DNA of 63,760 nt, filler included, from Rhabdomonas costata (Eukaryota), in assembly GCA_019059605.1 (NCBI GenBank). It is 52 parts of 52 records of this genome, joined end to end, with 100 filler letters (N's around TTAATTAATTAA, not from the genome) between each part and the next. Parts side by side here need not be neighbours in the genome. Positions count along the whole stretch, not along the records: positions 47,899 to 49,026 come from JAHMHO010027213.1; positions 49,127 to 50,253 come from JAHMHO010027214.1; positions 50,354 to 51,481 come from JAHMHO010027215.1; positions 51,582 to 52,709 come from JAHMHO010027216.1; positions 52,810 to 53,937 come from JAHMHO010027217.1; positions 54,038 to 55,165 come from JAHMHO010027218.1; positions 55,266 to 56,392 come from JAHMHO010027219.1; positions 56,493 to 57,620 come from JAHMHO010027220.1; 44 more parts are not named here. The stretch is one strand, 5' to 3'. Below, in pieces: positions 47,799-60,392 of the stretch. Both the position numbers and the translations under genes were made by a program. The notes beneath the pieces were generated by a model. The model was not told where the DNA came from. It saw nothing but the letters and a program-made list of their open reading frames with translations, and ran no database searches. Position 1 is the first letter of the stretch. Each line of letters begins with the position of its first letter.

Positions 47799-50411
47799 NN
47801 NNNNNNNNNNNNNNNNNNNNNNNNNNNNNNNNNNNNNNNNNNTTAATTAATTAANNNNNNNNNNNNNNNNNNNNNNNNNNNNNNNNNNNNNNNNNNNNTT
47901 TTTTGTGGATCTAAGTGTTGTGGAACAAAAGTTATGGCCAACGCAGTGATCCGACTGAAACACTGGGAGAGCGAAATGCAAGCTGGTTGCTGTTTCTTGG
48001 ACCTTAAGTTCTTTACGTGGCCGACCCGCTGTCCTGCCCGTCCCGTAAAACGCTTCCTTTATCCATTCGATGTGGTGCGCATGGATAAACTATTCTAAAG
48101 AGAGGAGACTTGGACTGTTGGTTTTTCTCCACCGTGAGGGTTGCTTCTGAATTTATGCTATGTTATTTGTGGGTGTTGTGTTGCATGCTTCAACAAACTC
48201 GCTCGAGATCGCTTCATTCGATGGTTGCGTGTGTCAGGGGCTTACTCGTCGGCAAGCCCTTCCCGAGCTAATTCAAAAACTTCACATCTGCGCTCAAGTC
48301 CTACAGCTCGCCATTCAGACGGTTCAGCTTCAGGTTTCTTGTTTCAGCACTGCGAGTATTTTTGGGTGGTTTATCAGTGAAGGTCGACTGCCGCTACTGC
48401 CTGTCGTTCAAAAAATATGGCTTGCATTAACCCAGAAAGCAAACTCCGTCTCTTCCCATGCCCAACTAGAAAATTTCTGCGGAGTGACCGCGCCCCTTCG
48501 GTTGCTGCTTGGTAAACTTAGTGGCCATAATGACATATGTAGATAAACCCGAGTGAGTCCGCAACTTTTCTTTCGGATACAACCGATAAGGATCAGGGAG
48601 CTGGGACGTTTTTTCGGATGATTGGTGCCATGCAGTTGAAACCGCAAGAGCGAACATTAAGGTGCCAGTCTGATTTTGAAAAACAGCAAGATGTATACAT
48701 GGCGTTCGCAGAGAATCAAAGGGAAGAACAGAAGGCAGGTGGAAGGGATCAGAAAAGAGAAGGAAAGTGTACGGCAAGGGAAACGGTGGGTAAGAATGAA
48801 GACAAGGGGAAGTCGGAAGGAGGGAGAGGAGTGGGGTTTGCTAGAGGAGAGGAGAGGAGAAAAGGAGTAGGGAGGGTGTATTCAATATAAGCTGTTGGGA
48901 GAGAATGGAGTGTCACTGAGATGAAACTGACTTTTTGTCTGGGCTTTTGTAAATCAGTGCCCCGAGAGCAGGCGCGGGCCGAAAGCTCCATTTCTGTTTC
49001 TCCCCGAGGCTGTGGAGGAGGCGCACNNNNNNNNNNNNNNNNNNNNNNNNNNNNNNNNNNNNNNNNNNNNTTAATTAATTAANNNNNNNNNNNNNNNNNN
49101 NNNNNNNNNNNNNNNNNNNNNNNNNNTGTGTTTGTTCCAAATATATGTTGGAAGCACGTGTTCACGGGTAACGTGCCGTACTTCATTTCTGGTGTGCCCG
49201 TTGCGCGGTTGCTTCCGTTATTTCCGTTTCCTCCGGTCTGCCCCGTTGTGCTAAGGTAAGCGTAGTTTTTGGCAAGTACATTGACCAAAACAAAAACCAA
49301 GGATGATTTGCGAAAGAATTTGGTCCGTTTCCCGCTGTGGTGGCCGGTGTGGTATCCAGATTCAGGTTCAACCTGTTAAGCCGAATAGAAATCACGTGTT
49401 GTGTGCGAGGGGCGCAGAAAAGAACATCGACAATCAAAATATGTACCGGATGGGAGGAACGACCGGAGGGAGTGAAGGAGCACCGCGGGAGCGTGGCGAG
49501 TGAGATGCGACCAGGGAAGCGCCAGAGGAGGGAGTGTGACCCATTGAGTGTACCGACGTCAGTCGGGGACGAACCACTACTGGAGGAAGGATGCATCCCG
49601 ACGACTCGATTTTCTCCATACCCCACCATCCACTTACCACCCTTCAAACATCTTCCACGAGCTCGCTACCCGACATAAGTCGGTACGCTCACTCAACCTC
49701 TCAACTTAGAACTCGTGCATCAACCCCGCTTTTCACTTCACTCGTTTCACCACCCTAAGGTGCTTCCACTCCTCCTCTCCCCACTACGTCATCTTGGTTC
49801 GTTCCACCATAAGGTGCCTCCACGCACCAAACACCGCATCCATGGTTCGTTCCACCTGCATAAGCTCGGTTTCACTAACCCATAGAAGAGGTTGACATTG
49901 CATGTCGGGCTCGGCGCCCCCCACTTCGCGTAACTCCCTCAGCAGGGTCAACGCATCACCCGGTCAGCCTAACACGACCATGGATGTCACGCATCGACCA
50001 CCAATGGCATCACAACATCCACTCTTAGGCACTGGACTCACACGGTAGGGTACAACCGATGCCAAGGAGAGAGGATGCCATGACACCACCAAGGTGAGAA
50101 GCGACGATGTGACACCATGCTACTACACCACCACCACTACACAGACGAAGGGTTTACGGGGTTGTGACACCTCCACCTTTGTACAGGGTAGGATGTTGGG
50201 CCCTCGCTGGGTTGCCAACATCGCCACGACCACCTGATGATCACCAACAACGTNNNNNNNNNNNNNNNNNNNNNNNNNNNNNNNNNNNNNNNNNNNNTTA
50301 ATTAATTAANNNNNNNNNNNNNNNNNNNNNNNNNNNNNNNNNNNNNNNNNNNNGACGTCTTCTCTCCACAAGTTCATTGAATACATGCGTACCAACTCTC
50401 GTCTTTCTCAG

Positions 50412-50595
50412 GAATGCCCCTGACCCGGTGCGGCTGTACGGCTACTCCGCCGTCTTGGCTTCGGTGCGGTGCCAGGAGAGGCTGGAGGACCTGCAGAAGC
50501 AGTGGGTGAGCGCCGACCTTCCTGTGCTGCGGTGCCGGGTGGGGATCCACTGCGGCTGTGTGCTGGTGGGGAACTACGGGTGCACGGAGAAGATG
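50412..50595 (+). CDS. Class III adenylate cyclase exon
   Basis: (W)NAP...RCQERL..L..QW...LP.LRCRVGIHCG.VLVGNYG...KM|gt. Confidence 0.9.
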
Positions 50596-50914
50596 GTGCC
50601 TGTGCCTGTGTGTGTGCATGTGGATGAGTGAGAGTGCATCCCCTTTTCAAGTTGCCCCTTTGGCAGAGGACCGGGGGGCATCTGTTTTTTTTTCATCAGA
50701 AATATCGGCTCATCTCCTGTTTAGGAGGGGTGGGAAGCGGGACGGGAAAGAATTTCCCCTGGTAACCATTGAATCACGCATTATCACCGTCAGTTAACTG
50801 AATTGGAGCCCAGCCATTTCTCTGCTGGCACTTCCGAATTAGTAAAGCAGGGTCGGAACGCTGCTTGAGGGTATGCGTCTGTGTTTGTGTCTGTGTAATT
50901 TCCAATGACCAACG

Positions 50915-51335
50915 ATCCGGGATACGTTCGCCTCAGAGATATCATGTCCCGATTGCGAGGCTGAACGCGAACCCTAAGGGAAGCAATGTATGTGGTTCTG
51001 GCAACACCTGAGGAGCCCTCAGTTCACAGACCCTCGAGGACTGTCTGTGAACCATTTTGGAAAAAAGCTGGATGACCAGAACTTGTACCAATGTTTGGGT
51101 TGTCATCGGTGAGTGCGAGCCGAAGAGTGCTTAATGATCTCGAAGATGCCAAAGTTTCTGATCGTGGAACTGAAGCGAATCCGTTTTGACGTGGAAACAA
51201 GGGAAGTGCGCACAGCAGTACTCGCCCCTGCCCATCTAAACCTGGCGTTGTGTCACCGCATCCAGAAGCCATGGCGGAGTTTGACATCGTTGCAGTGGTC
51301 AACCACCAGGGTCTGAATGGCTGCGGAAATTACAC
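50915..51335 (+). pseudogene. Intronless ubiquitin-specific protease (C19/USP) pseudogene fragment
   Basis: Across frameshifts and stops: SEISCPDC, QTLEDCL, LDDQNLYQCLGC, ISKMPKFLIVELKRIRFD, FDIVAVVNHQG...GNYT. Confidence 0.75.
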
Positions 51336-51475
51336 ATTACACATTACACATTACACATTACACATGACACATGACACATGACACATGACACATGACGCAT
51401 TACACATTACACATTACACATTACACATTACACATTACACATTACACATTACACATTACACATGACACATTACAC
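51329..51475 (+). repeat. 7-bp minisatellite (CATTACA/CATGACA)n
   Basis: About 20 tandem units running to the contig end. Confidence 0.95.
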
Positions 51476-51589
51476 AACACANNNNNNNNNNNNNNNNNNN
51501 NNNNNNNNNNNNNNNNNNNNNNNNNTTAATTAATTAANNNNNNNNNNNNNNNNNNNNNNNNNNNNNNNNNNNNNNNNNNNNAGACAATG

Positions 51590-51812
51590 AGCTTATGGCG
51601 TTTGCAATAACCACGCACAGTGGTTTGTCATAGGTTGATCCCGACTACCAATGGAATGTGAACATCTTGATGTTCAACCACGGAATTATGGACTACCACG
51701 TCAAGAAGTGTGATCTGGTGGCGCAATTGATGTAGTACATTGATACACAAACGTGCGCGTTGTTCTACAACTGGAGTGGAGTGTGCGAGGTCAAGGTTGG
51801 TTTGAATCGGTT
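51590..51812 (+). pseudogene. Degenerate trimeric dUTPase
   Basis: AYG / THSGL (motif II), VDPDY.WNVNILMFNHG (III), VKKCDLVAQL (IV), frameshifted RGQGWFES (V); two TAG stops. Confidence 0.75.
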
Positions 51813-52114
51813 TGGTTCGGTTTGGAGCCTTTCATGGTGTTTCAGAGCAGCTAACTGCAGAAGTGATCGACAACGAAGCCTACATCACACGAAATTTTGA
51901 CGTACGGCATGCTGTATCTTCCACTTCGGTCGCTTTGTAATCTCATTATATATCTCCACAGATTGCCCTTTCAATAAATTTTGTCTTGCACTAGTTGAGT
52001 TATCAGCTAACCTTTCGGGAGTGCAAGGCGACTGATCAGCCTCTGCATCCTCAGCCATAACCCAAACCACCCGCGTTAATCCTGCACAGATCAATTAAGG
52101 AGCAGCTATCACCC

Positions 52115-52709
52115 ATGTCTGGCCTCCAAAGTCTGGAAGAGGTGGATCCTTCCGATTGGGACCTGCGTGCGCTGATCGCCGCCTACACAGAAAGGAAGAT
52201 GGTGAATCGAAAGAAACTGTCTCTGCCCAATGAAGTTCAGGATCTGATCAAGAACATTTATCTTGCTACCCGTGGCCTTCCAGTTCCAATTCCACCAGAG
52301 GTGCTCAAGCTCAGCAATGAGTACAAGGATCTCTTCACAGAAGCTGCCCCAAAGGTTACCACCAGCTCTTCCTATAAATCACCGCATTGAATTCAAAGAG
52401 AACTTTCGATGTACATATTGTCCCCAAGCAAAGATGCCTAACTACAGCGTCATGTGAGGGACGTGTTGGACGATCATTACATCAAGTAAGCCACATTTAA
52501 CTACGGCTCGTGGATCCTTTTCGTCACAAAAGCCAATCTGCGGATGGTGGCGGATAGACCCATCAATGTGCTGACATTGGTGGACAAGTACCACTTACCG
52601 TATAGACTGTCTGCTTCATCAAGTTAGATACAGCTGCTTTTTCTCCAAACTCGACCTGCACCACGTCTTCCACCAGATCCGGGACTACCCAAACCACGTG
52701 GAGCGTACA
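52115..52709 (+). mobile_element. Degenerate Ty3/Gypsy pol (pre-RT region and RT N-terminus)
   Basis: EYKDLF / LPP..PINHRIE / YGSWILFVTK.NLRMV / DKY.LP / FSKLDLHHVFHQIR..P.HVER, with frameshifts. Confidence 0.85.
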
Positions 52710-52914
52710 NNNNNNNNNNNNNNNNNNNNNNNNNNNNNNNNNNNNNNNNNNNNTTAATTAATTAANNNNNNNNNNNNNNNNNNNNNNNNNNNNNNNNNNN
52801 NNNNNNNNNTTGTTTTGGTGGGAAATGGTGTCAGCTGCACCTGCGAGGTTTGTTTTTTGTTTTCGCTAATGCCTCTTTTTCGGGTTTTCGGTTCTTCGAC
52901 CGTGGACCGCGTTA

Positions 52915-52916
52915 GT

Positions 52917-52982
<66 letters not shown>
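52915..52982 (+). repeat. (GGTTCT)n hexanucleotide microsatellite
   Basis: About 10 tandem units. Confidence 0.95.
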
Positions 52983-54812
52983 CGTGTTTGATTTAAACAA
53001 ACAGCACCCTTGGTGGGCACACCGTCCCAGCGGCGTTTCTTGTTGACATTTTTTCTTGTGGAAAGGAAATTTGTCCCCGGGATCTGTCGCTCAATCAATC
53101 CGCTCAAAACTGCAGTTGCGCATACTTGCGCTTCGAAGTGCAATTAAAGTTGACTATTTAGTAGTTTTTTTTAATTCCGTTATATGACTCCTCATCTGAA
53201 CGCGCTTTAGGCACGCGAGCCCCCTTCTCGGGAAGATCCAGAGCCAGGCAGCACCTGGAATGCTTGTGCTGACTTCATAGGTGCGGAGTCTATTTTCCGT
53301 TGAGTTCAGAGTATCCTTCCGCTGCACTACTTGCTCAACTTAGACACGAATCTCCATCTCCATGCCCATATCTACCTTTCCTCCTTTTATATACCGATAC
53401 CGCAATCCGGGTTCTTTGTGCGACTTGCCCCCCTTTTCCAGCTCGAGACGGAAAAGATCAGATCCGACGCGGAGCGAGAGTGCCAGGCTTCGTAGTTCAT
53501 TCCCATAGGTGCGGAGACCACGATGCAGGATGCATGGGACCCGAGGCTGCGTTCCGTGCCAGCGGAGCGTGAATACCGAAGCTCTTAGCTGAAGCCCGCG
53601 CGTGAGTAGGTTCGAAGGGCTTCCCTTCCTGGCAGTTTTTCATGAGCTGTTGCGAAGCTCTCTTGTTTGCTCTTTGTTCACTTTCTGCATACTCGGTAGG
53701 AGGGAGCTGGGGGGCTCCCCTTCTTTCACGGACACAACAAATTCGTTCTCTCTTTTTGACCCAAACTTTCGAGACAATTCAAAAGGCAGCTCAAAAAAAA
53801 AAGATTCGAAACTGTGCTGACCGGCCAGGGTGACCGCCAGAAACGCACTCACAAAAAAAACAACCAATACCGCCAGATCACGCTGAACCCCCCACCACCT
53901 TAATGCTCTTCCAATCTTCTGGGCCTTACAACAACCCNNNNNNNNNNNNNNNNNNNNNNNNNNNNNNNNNNNNNNNNNNNNTTAATTAATTAANNNNNNN
54001 NNNNNNNNNNNNNNNNNNNNNNNNNNNNNNNNNNNNNGGGGGTTGTGTGACAGCAAGCGGACCAATTATCAATTATTTGTCACACGTGACCTATTGATCA
54101 ACCATAGAAAGAAACATTTGAACCATATAGCCACTTAATACACCTGAAACGTAATTACGTTGGTAATTACAATATAAATATGAATATTGGATTCAATGAT
54201 GCCATCCGTTACAACATCCGGAATAATATGGGATACTCAGTATTCCATTCCAGCGAACCAATCCAATTTGATAAGATGGAGCTGGACACAAGTTGCCAGC
54301 TGATGACACCGGAAAAAACAGGAACTGGAACAAGCACTGAAGTTTCCTTTAGTAGATTCCAGTGCCACAGATTACCAACAGCAAGCCGTGGATAAGAAAT
54401 TAAAGCCTCATGTGGACAATCATTCGATGAAAGAAATGCGCAATTGGACCTCCATGCCATTAATGTGGATGACCCATTGTCTGTGTATTTATTTGAGTGT
54501 GTCCACACAGATAGAGTATCAGGAATCCATCAAATATTTTACACAAAGGTGTCCGATTTGATTTGCAGCTTCCATTCAAGATTCCATGTTTCAAATCACA
54601 CGCCGTAAGAGGTTTCTTTACTTCCAGTATGTGAGATATTGCCTAACATATTGCAATTTAGCTCACTTACAGTGAAGCTCTGGCTGGATGAGAGTGGCAG
54701 TTCCAACAGCATAGCAATTGCATGCTCACCACCTCCAACGCTTTGGATCAAGGAGGATGTGACGCTTTGTCCAACAGTGTTCCGGGAAATCTGACGGAAC
54801 TTTGATTCAGGA

Positions 54813-54971
54813 GATCGTGTTTTTCTCTACCTCAAGGAGCTGCTCCCTCCTATCGGGCTCGACATCAAGGAGCGCAATTGCAAGCTGTACTACGACGGTC
54901 ACGATCATGCTCCACATAGTCTGAGTCAAGTGCCGTCAATCCACCAGAACTACGAGCGCACCGACCTGGGA
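54813..54971 (+). mobile_element. Possible non-LTR (CRE-like) RT domain 6-7 fragment
   Basis: DRVFLYLKELLPPIGLDIKERNCKLYY...LG resembles f..L...L..IGL.in..KC.ly. Confidence 0.35.
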
Positions 54972-56552
54972 AATGCGCAATTGGACCTCCATGCCATTAA
55001 TGTGGATGACCCATTGTCTGTGTATTTATTTGAGTGTGTCCACACAGATAGAGTATCAGGAATCCATCAAATATTTTACACAAAGGTGTCCGATTTGATT
55101 TGCAGCTTCCATTCAAGATTCCATGTTTCAAATCACACGCCGTAAGAGGTTTCTTTACTTCCAGTNNNNNNNNNNNNNNNNNNNNNNNNNNNNNNNNNNN
55201 NNNNNNNNNTTAATTAATTAANNNNNNNNNNNNNNNNNNNNNNNNNNNNNNNNNNNNNNNNNNNNACGCGTGCGCCCGAGGCGCTGGAAGGAACATGACA
55301 GCTGCCAATTGCCGTGTACCATTTTCCCCCTTCGTCGACCGCTGGCGAGGGTACGCCTGGGAAGGCTCCTGGAACGGTGTGAATTGCAGGGCAGAGGCAA
55401 CATGTCCGGGAGGGGGAGCCCTCGAGGCAGCAAAAAAACTCGCATCCGTGAGCAGCGCACGGCTGACATACCAGACAGCGGCAGACGCGCCCTGGGGAAC
55501 CACCCCAGGAGGTAGAGCAACTGGAATTCATTCGTTTCAACGAAGCACACAAAGTAAGCAAGTCAAGCCTGAGTTTCGGTTACTCCTCCGAGTGCCACCA
55601 GAAGAGGGGAGAGGAGGGTTCGCCGAAAAAATGAATGATACACTCAGTACTATTAGTAGTAGTAGTATACATTGTATTATTGTTCTTGTTTTATTTGAAA
55701 ACAAGGTTGTGTTATGAGTGTTTTGTGATTTTTAGCTAAAAGTTGAGTGCATACAGTGGGATGTTAGCTGCTTTTGGCATTCACGTTCAAAGTAGGACAT
55801 TCCCGGCATCTTGATTAAATTTCTCCCCCACCAGCATTCGGCGAAGGAAATGCCTCACATCCGTGCCGGACGTGCTTGTATTGTCAAAGCGAAGGGTCCA
55901 CGTGTAGGAGTGCTTCCAAAATGGCGAAAGATGGCCCATCATTTGCAGAAGGCCCCATTTCCAACGAGCCCTTGTTTCCTTCATGCTGTCACAGGAGAAT
56001 TAAGTTGAAGTTCAAATTAATGCGTTTTCATTTTTGAGCCTTGGGCGAGAGAGAACCGAGACGGGAGCGATAAAGGGGTGAATGAGAGGAGAACGAGAAT
56101 ACATTGTGAGGTTTGAGCCCTTGATGAAATACGTGGCTGAACTTCCGGCCAGTTTGTCGCTGGAAAAGAATACAACGATCAGAGTGGAAAGTGAGACCGG
56201 ATCCTACATGTCTCTGGTCAAGAGATGTTGTCCTTTGCTGTTCCTTGAACATTTCATCCTTTCGTAGTTGTTCGGTTGTAAGCTCTCTTTCTTTTGTGCA
56301 TTTGTCTGTGTACTTTTTTGTATGTTGTTTGTTCCCTGCTTTTCAACGTGTCGCCGACATTGCTGAAGTTTCCAGCGCTCTGGCTGAAGTGCNNNNNNNN
56401 NNNNNNNNNNNNNNNNNNNNNNNNNNNNNNNNNNNNTTAATTAATTAANNNNNNNNNNNNNNNNNNNNNNNNNNNNNNNNNNNNNNNNNNNNTGTTTTTT
56501 GGGGGCAACGGATGTGCAGAGGTTGACGTAATTTGTTGGGGGCTGGGGGCAG

Positions 56553-57133
56553 GTACCATGTAGTGTGCTCGCTGGGCGGGCTGCAGTGGGAGCTTCCGCG
56601 GCGGTACTCAGAGTTTCAGAGGCTGCATGAGTGCCTGGCTATGTTGCGGCGTGCGCAGCAGGTGGCCCTGGCCCAGCTGGGGGAGCGGCATCCCAGCCCA
56701 GGCGGGTATGGGAAAGAGGATCGGAGGGAGGGGGCGAGGTCTTGTGGGATGGCGCCGGAGTGGAGTGTGGATGCAAAAGCAATTGGGAACAACCTGGTGA
56801 GCTAAGTAGATCCACGGTATACATAGTTTTGGTGCAAAGCACTGAATGGCCTCCGATAATGGCAAGTGCGTCTTTCTTACCCGCAGACGGAGGAATTACA
56901 TGTCCATGACAGGTGATACGGGCAGGGTTGTTGGAGTGGTGATTTTTGAGGTGAGGGTGTGGGTGGGAGAACCATGTTGGGGGCACGATCACAGGGAAGT
57001 GATGGCTATGGCCCCTGCAGGGACCGCACTGCCAGAGCTTCCTCCGCTCCCCGCGCGGGCGCGGGTGTGGTGGGGTGGGCGGCACACTAACTCTGACCCT
57101 GAGGCAATCCGTGACCGCCAGGGCCAGCTAGAG
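56553..57133 (+). CDS. PX-domain protein; exons 56553-56705 and 56995-57133
   Basis: Y.V......W.L.RRYSEFQRLHECL...LPPLP.R.......IRDRQGQLE; phase-2 intron joins in frame. Confidence 0.85.
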
Positions 57134-57798
57134 GTGTACCCCCCTCTCCTTCCCCAGTGCCTTCTCTCTCTCCCTCCCACTTGTACGCAAGAGTGGGCGA
57201 AAGGGGATGCGGACCAGCCCTATGGGTAATGTTGGGAGGTTTTAAGAGCATCGTAAGGGTATGGTGACGTGCGCATCTCCAATCCCCGCTTTTTTTTCGG
57301 CGTGCCTCTTTTTTCTTTTGTGCCGCTGTTCTGTGTGGGAGACTCTTGACGCTGGACAGGTACCCCAGTGCGTTATGTTTGGAGGAAGCATTGTGAGGGT
57401 CTGTGAGGGGCATTCACGCCGCAACCACATCCCCATGAAAGTTCAAGTCAGCAGCCCAAATCCTTGGCTCCATCACCCACATGAGGGAGGCAAATGTGGG
57501 AGGTTCCTACACTCGACCCTCGCGGGCTAGTCAGAAGAAAACCCTCACAACCCTCTCTTCCTTCGTATTTCAAATTGTCCCGACATCCAGGGCGGGGAAG
57601 CAGGGCTCGTACCCCCACCCNNNNNNNNNNNNNNNNNNNNNNNNNNNNNNNNNNNNNNNNNNNNTTAATTAATTAANNNNNNNNNNNNNNNNNNNNNNNN
57701 NNNNNNNNNNNNNNNNNNNNGGTTTTTGTTGTCCGGGTGGTTTGTGCCCCGCTCACTTGCCCACCGCCCTTTTTTTGTTGTGCTTCTTGGATTCTCAG

Positions 57799-58649
57799 CG
57801 AACCCGACCTGCGCGAGCTTCACGGGGAGCTGCCCGCCGGGCATTGCCTCGCTGCCGCTGAACACGACCTGCCACTCCCTGAGCTGCGGGCTCTCCGACT
57901 GCTGCTCCGGTACCACGCACCCCTATCTCTCTCTCCCGCACGCACTCCTTTGTAGATTGTAGAATCTGTGTGGGATAGGGGGGGTGGGCGTCCATTTTGA
58001 GATGCTTGGGTGTAAGGAGGCGATGGCCCGAGGGATTCAAGCAGAGAATGGGTTTGGGTTTGCTTTGTTTGGTGATTCCATGGCTGCAATCCGGCAGGCT
58101 GGATGGCGAACACTTGTGGGTTCAGCCCATCCACCAACTCCATCTAAGATCCAAAGTGATGGATCCCGAGGAGTCAGTGAGGGGGGTGAGCTAAAATTCA
58201 CAAGCAAAAAGCAGAAAACTGCAAGTTCCTGCAGAAATAAAGTAAAGACTTAACTGCGCATCGCCTTTTTCCGAGGCAATATAAATGTTATGGGAGCAGA
58301 AATAGACGCGGGTCTCCTGCCGCGGGGGGGGGGGATTCTGTAATGTGAGTTTAACACAGAGACAGAGAAGCAACAGATCCTGAAAAAAAAAACACGAACG
58401 CACGCCACGGGTACATTAAGCAAAGGTTCGAGGCAGCAGCCCCACACAATACCCCCCACCCCTCTGCGGCACTCACTCTCTGTGTCTCTCTCTATCTCTT
58501 TCGCTTCCTTTCCATAAGGGACGGTGATGACCACCTCGGGCGACGGTCCCGCCCCCTCGACCTTCCAGAACGTGTCGTGGGCCCTGACGGGCCTCACCAA
58601 CGCCACTGCGGACATCACCTGCGGGGGCCCACGCTGTGCCTACTTCGTG
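57799..58649 (+). CDS. Cys-rich surface glycoprotein; exons 57799-57909 and 58519-58649
   Basis: TCASFTGSCPPG......TTCHSLSCGLSDCCS|GTV..., NTT/NVS/NAT sequons; phase-1 join. Confidence 0.6.
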
Positions 58650-58956
58650 GTGTGCCTCTGCTTTGTTTGTATGCGTGTTGGTGGGTGCGCGCATATATGG
58701 ATGTATGGGAACCGTTGGGCGGTTGGCGCGATACGAGCTGCATTCAGCATCAGCCAGCTGGCAACTGGTCACACGCACGAGCCATAGACCCCGTACGGAG
58801 ACATCCACTCCACTTTAGCCACCACTCTCGTTGCGCTCAACAACACAANNNNNNNNNNNNNNNNNNNNNNNNNNNNNNNNNNNNNNNNNNNNTTAATTAA
58901 TTAANNNNNNNNNNNNNNNNNNNNNNNNNNNNNNNNNNNNNNNNNNNNGGGGGTTG

Positions 58957-59285
58957 GGTCGTGTGCTGGCTACCTCCTTCCACGTGTCTTCCCTCCATTG
59001 GCATGGCTCTCTGCCTCGCCCGGGGTCTTCCCCACTGTCTCTCTGCTGGCCTTCCCTCTCTCACCTGGCCCTGCTCTGCTCTGCTAGCCCAGCTGGTTGA
59101 TATATATCCTGACCCATGGCCTGGCCAGGAGCTTGCTCACGAGGGGCTGAGCTTCGACTTCTGTCTCAGCTGACCCTTGACAAAAGGGCACTCTGGAAAC
59201 CTCTAGAAAATGTCTGTGTTCCACGCACGTGACTTTTCCACTCTTTATCTGGATGTGGAACACATGGGTGATCTGGACCGTTGCA
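58957..59285 (-). repeat. Dispersed ~300-bp repeat, copy B
   Basis: Reverse-complement match to 21184-21476, with substitutions and an ~30-bp extra block. Confidence 0.9.
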
Positions 59286-60392
59286 TGGATGATTTTTTGT
59301 CATAATTATTTCCGTTGACCCGCCGGGCAACCGAGAAGGAGCACCATTTAACGCAGAAGATCCTAAAACATAAAAATGTGGAGGTGTAATCGATCGCGCG
59401 CCTATTCCAAAAACCGCGTCCCAATTCCCCTTTTGATCTTGGAAAACAATTGGCCGTTCTGGGGCTTTTCCGTTTCAGAAAAGAATAAATGCGGGCGCAG
59501 AAAAGGTTGGAAGTGAAGGTGTTGAAACCGTGTGCTGTGCTGGCTTTTCTGCCAAGTCCGCGGGCCGTGGAAAGGAGCACCGATGTTCGAGGTGAATGTT
59601 TGTAGCAAGGACCAAGAGGCGAAAAGCTTTCGACGTAGGGGGTTGAGGGAAACGGAAGTCACTATTGGGAGCAGCTAAGGCAAAATAGCCGGGGGGTTTG
59701 TAAACAACGGATCCCAATGTTCAGCACCGCATTTGCGCGGAAATAGGCCGTTCTCCGGAGGAATCATGCAGACACGCGCTCGGGCCAGCATGCCCTCCAA
59801 TCGCGTAAATTTCCAATCCCTTTGCCCACTGGGATTTGCTGCTGCGGGGTACCCCTTTCCCTCAAAACCTCTTCCGGCATAGACCTTTGATGGCTTACGC
59901 CAAGGAGCAGCTGACGCGGCAGCCGAACAACAGCAGCGGGATCCGAAGCACCCAAAGACGCCCTATTACCACACAATCGGGCACCACCTGAAGGCGGCAG
60001 GTGGCCACGCGGGGCGAAGCCCTAAGGGTATTCCCTGCTGGTCGAGGCCCCGCTCTACCAAAGGTTCCCCCACACANNNNNNNNNNNNNNNNNNNNNNNN
60101 NNNNNNNNNNNNNNNNNNNNTTAATTAATTAANNNNNNNNNNNNNNNNNNNNNNNNNNNNNNNNNNNNNNNNNNNNTGTTTTGTTTTGTGTGTTGGGGGG
60201 GGGCACCTTGCTCTTGCAATTCTTGTGTGTCTTACCTTATGTCCCGTATCGGCATGCTACCGCCCTCCAATCCGATCAATCCGAGCAGCTGCTGCTGCTG
60301 CTGTCTAGCGCTTTCATTTTGCTGGCTCCACAATTTTTCTGTTTTTGGGTGGCGGCGTTGCACTGGGTGGGCACATTTTATTTTTCGGATAG

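Noticed and set aside
53270-53310. GAGTCTATTTTCCG as a euglenid spliced-leader exon
   Set aside because: Only partial similarity, with no recognisable SL RNA structure or Sm site; better explained as a small exon
54433-55165. Exact 196-bp direct repeat (54433-54628 and 54970-55165) as LTRs
   Set aside because: The second copy runs to the contig end, with no TG..CA ends, PBS or PPT; most likely an amplification or assembly chimera
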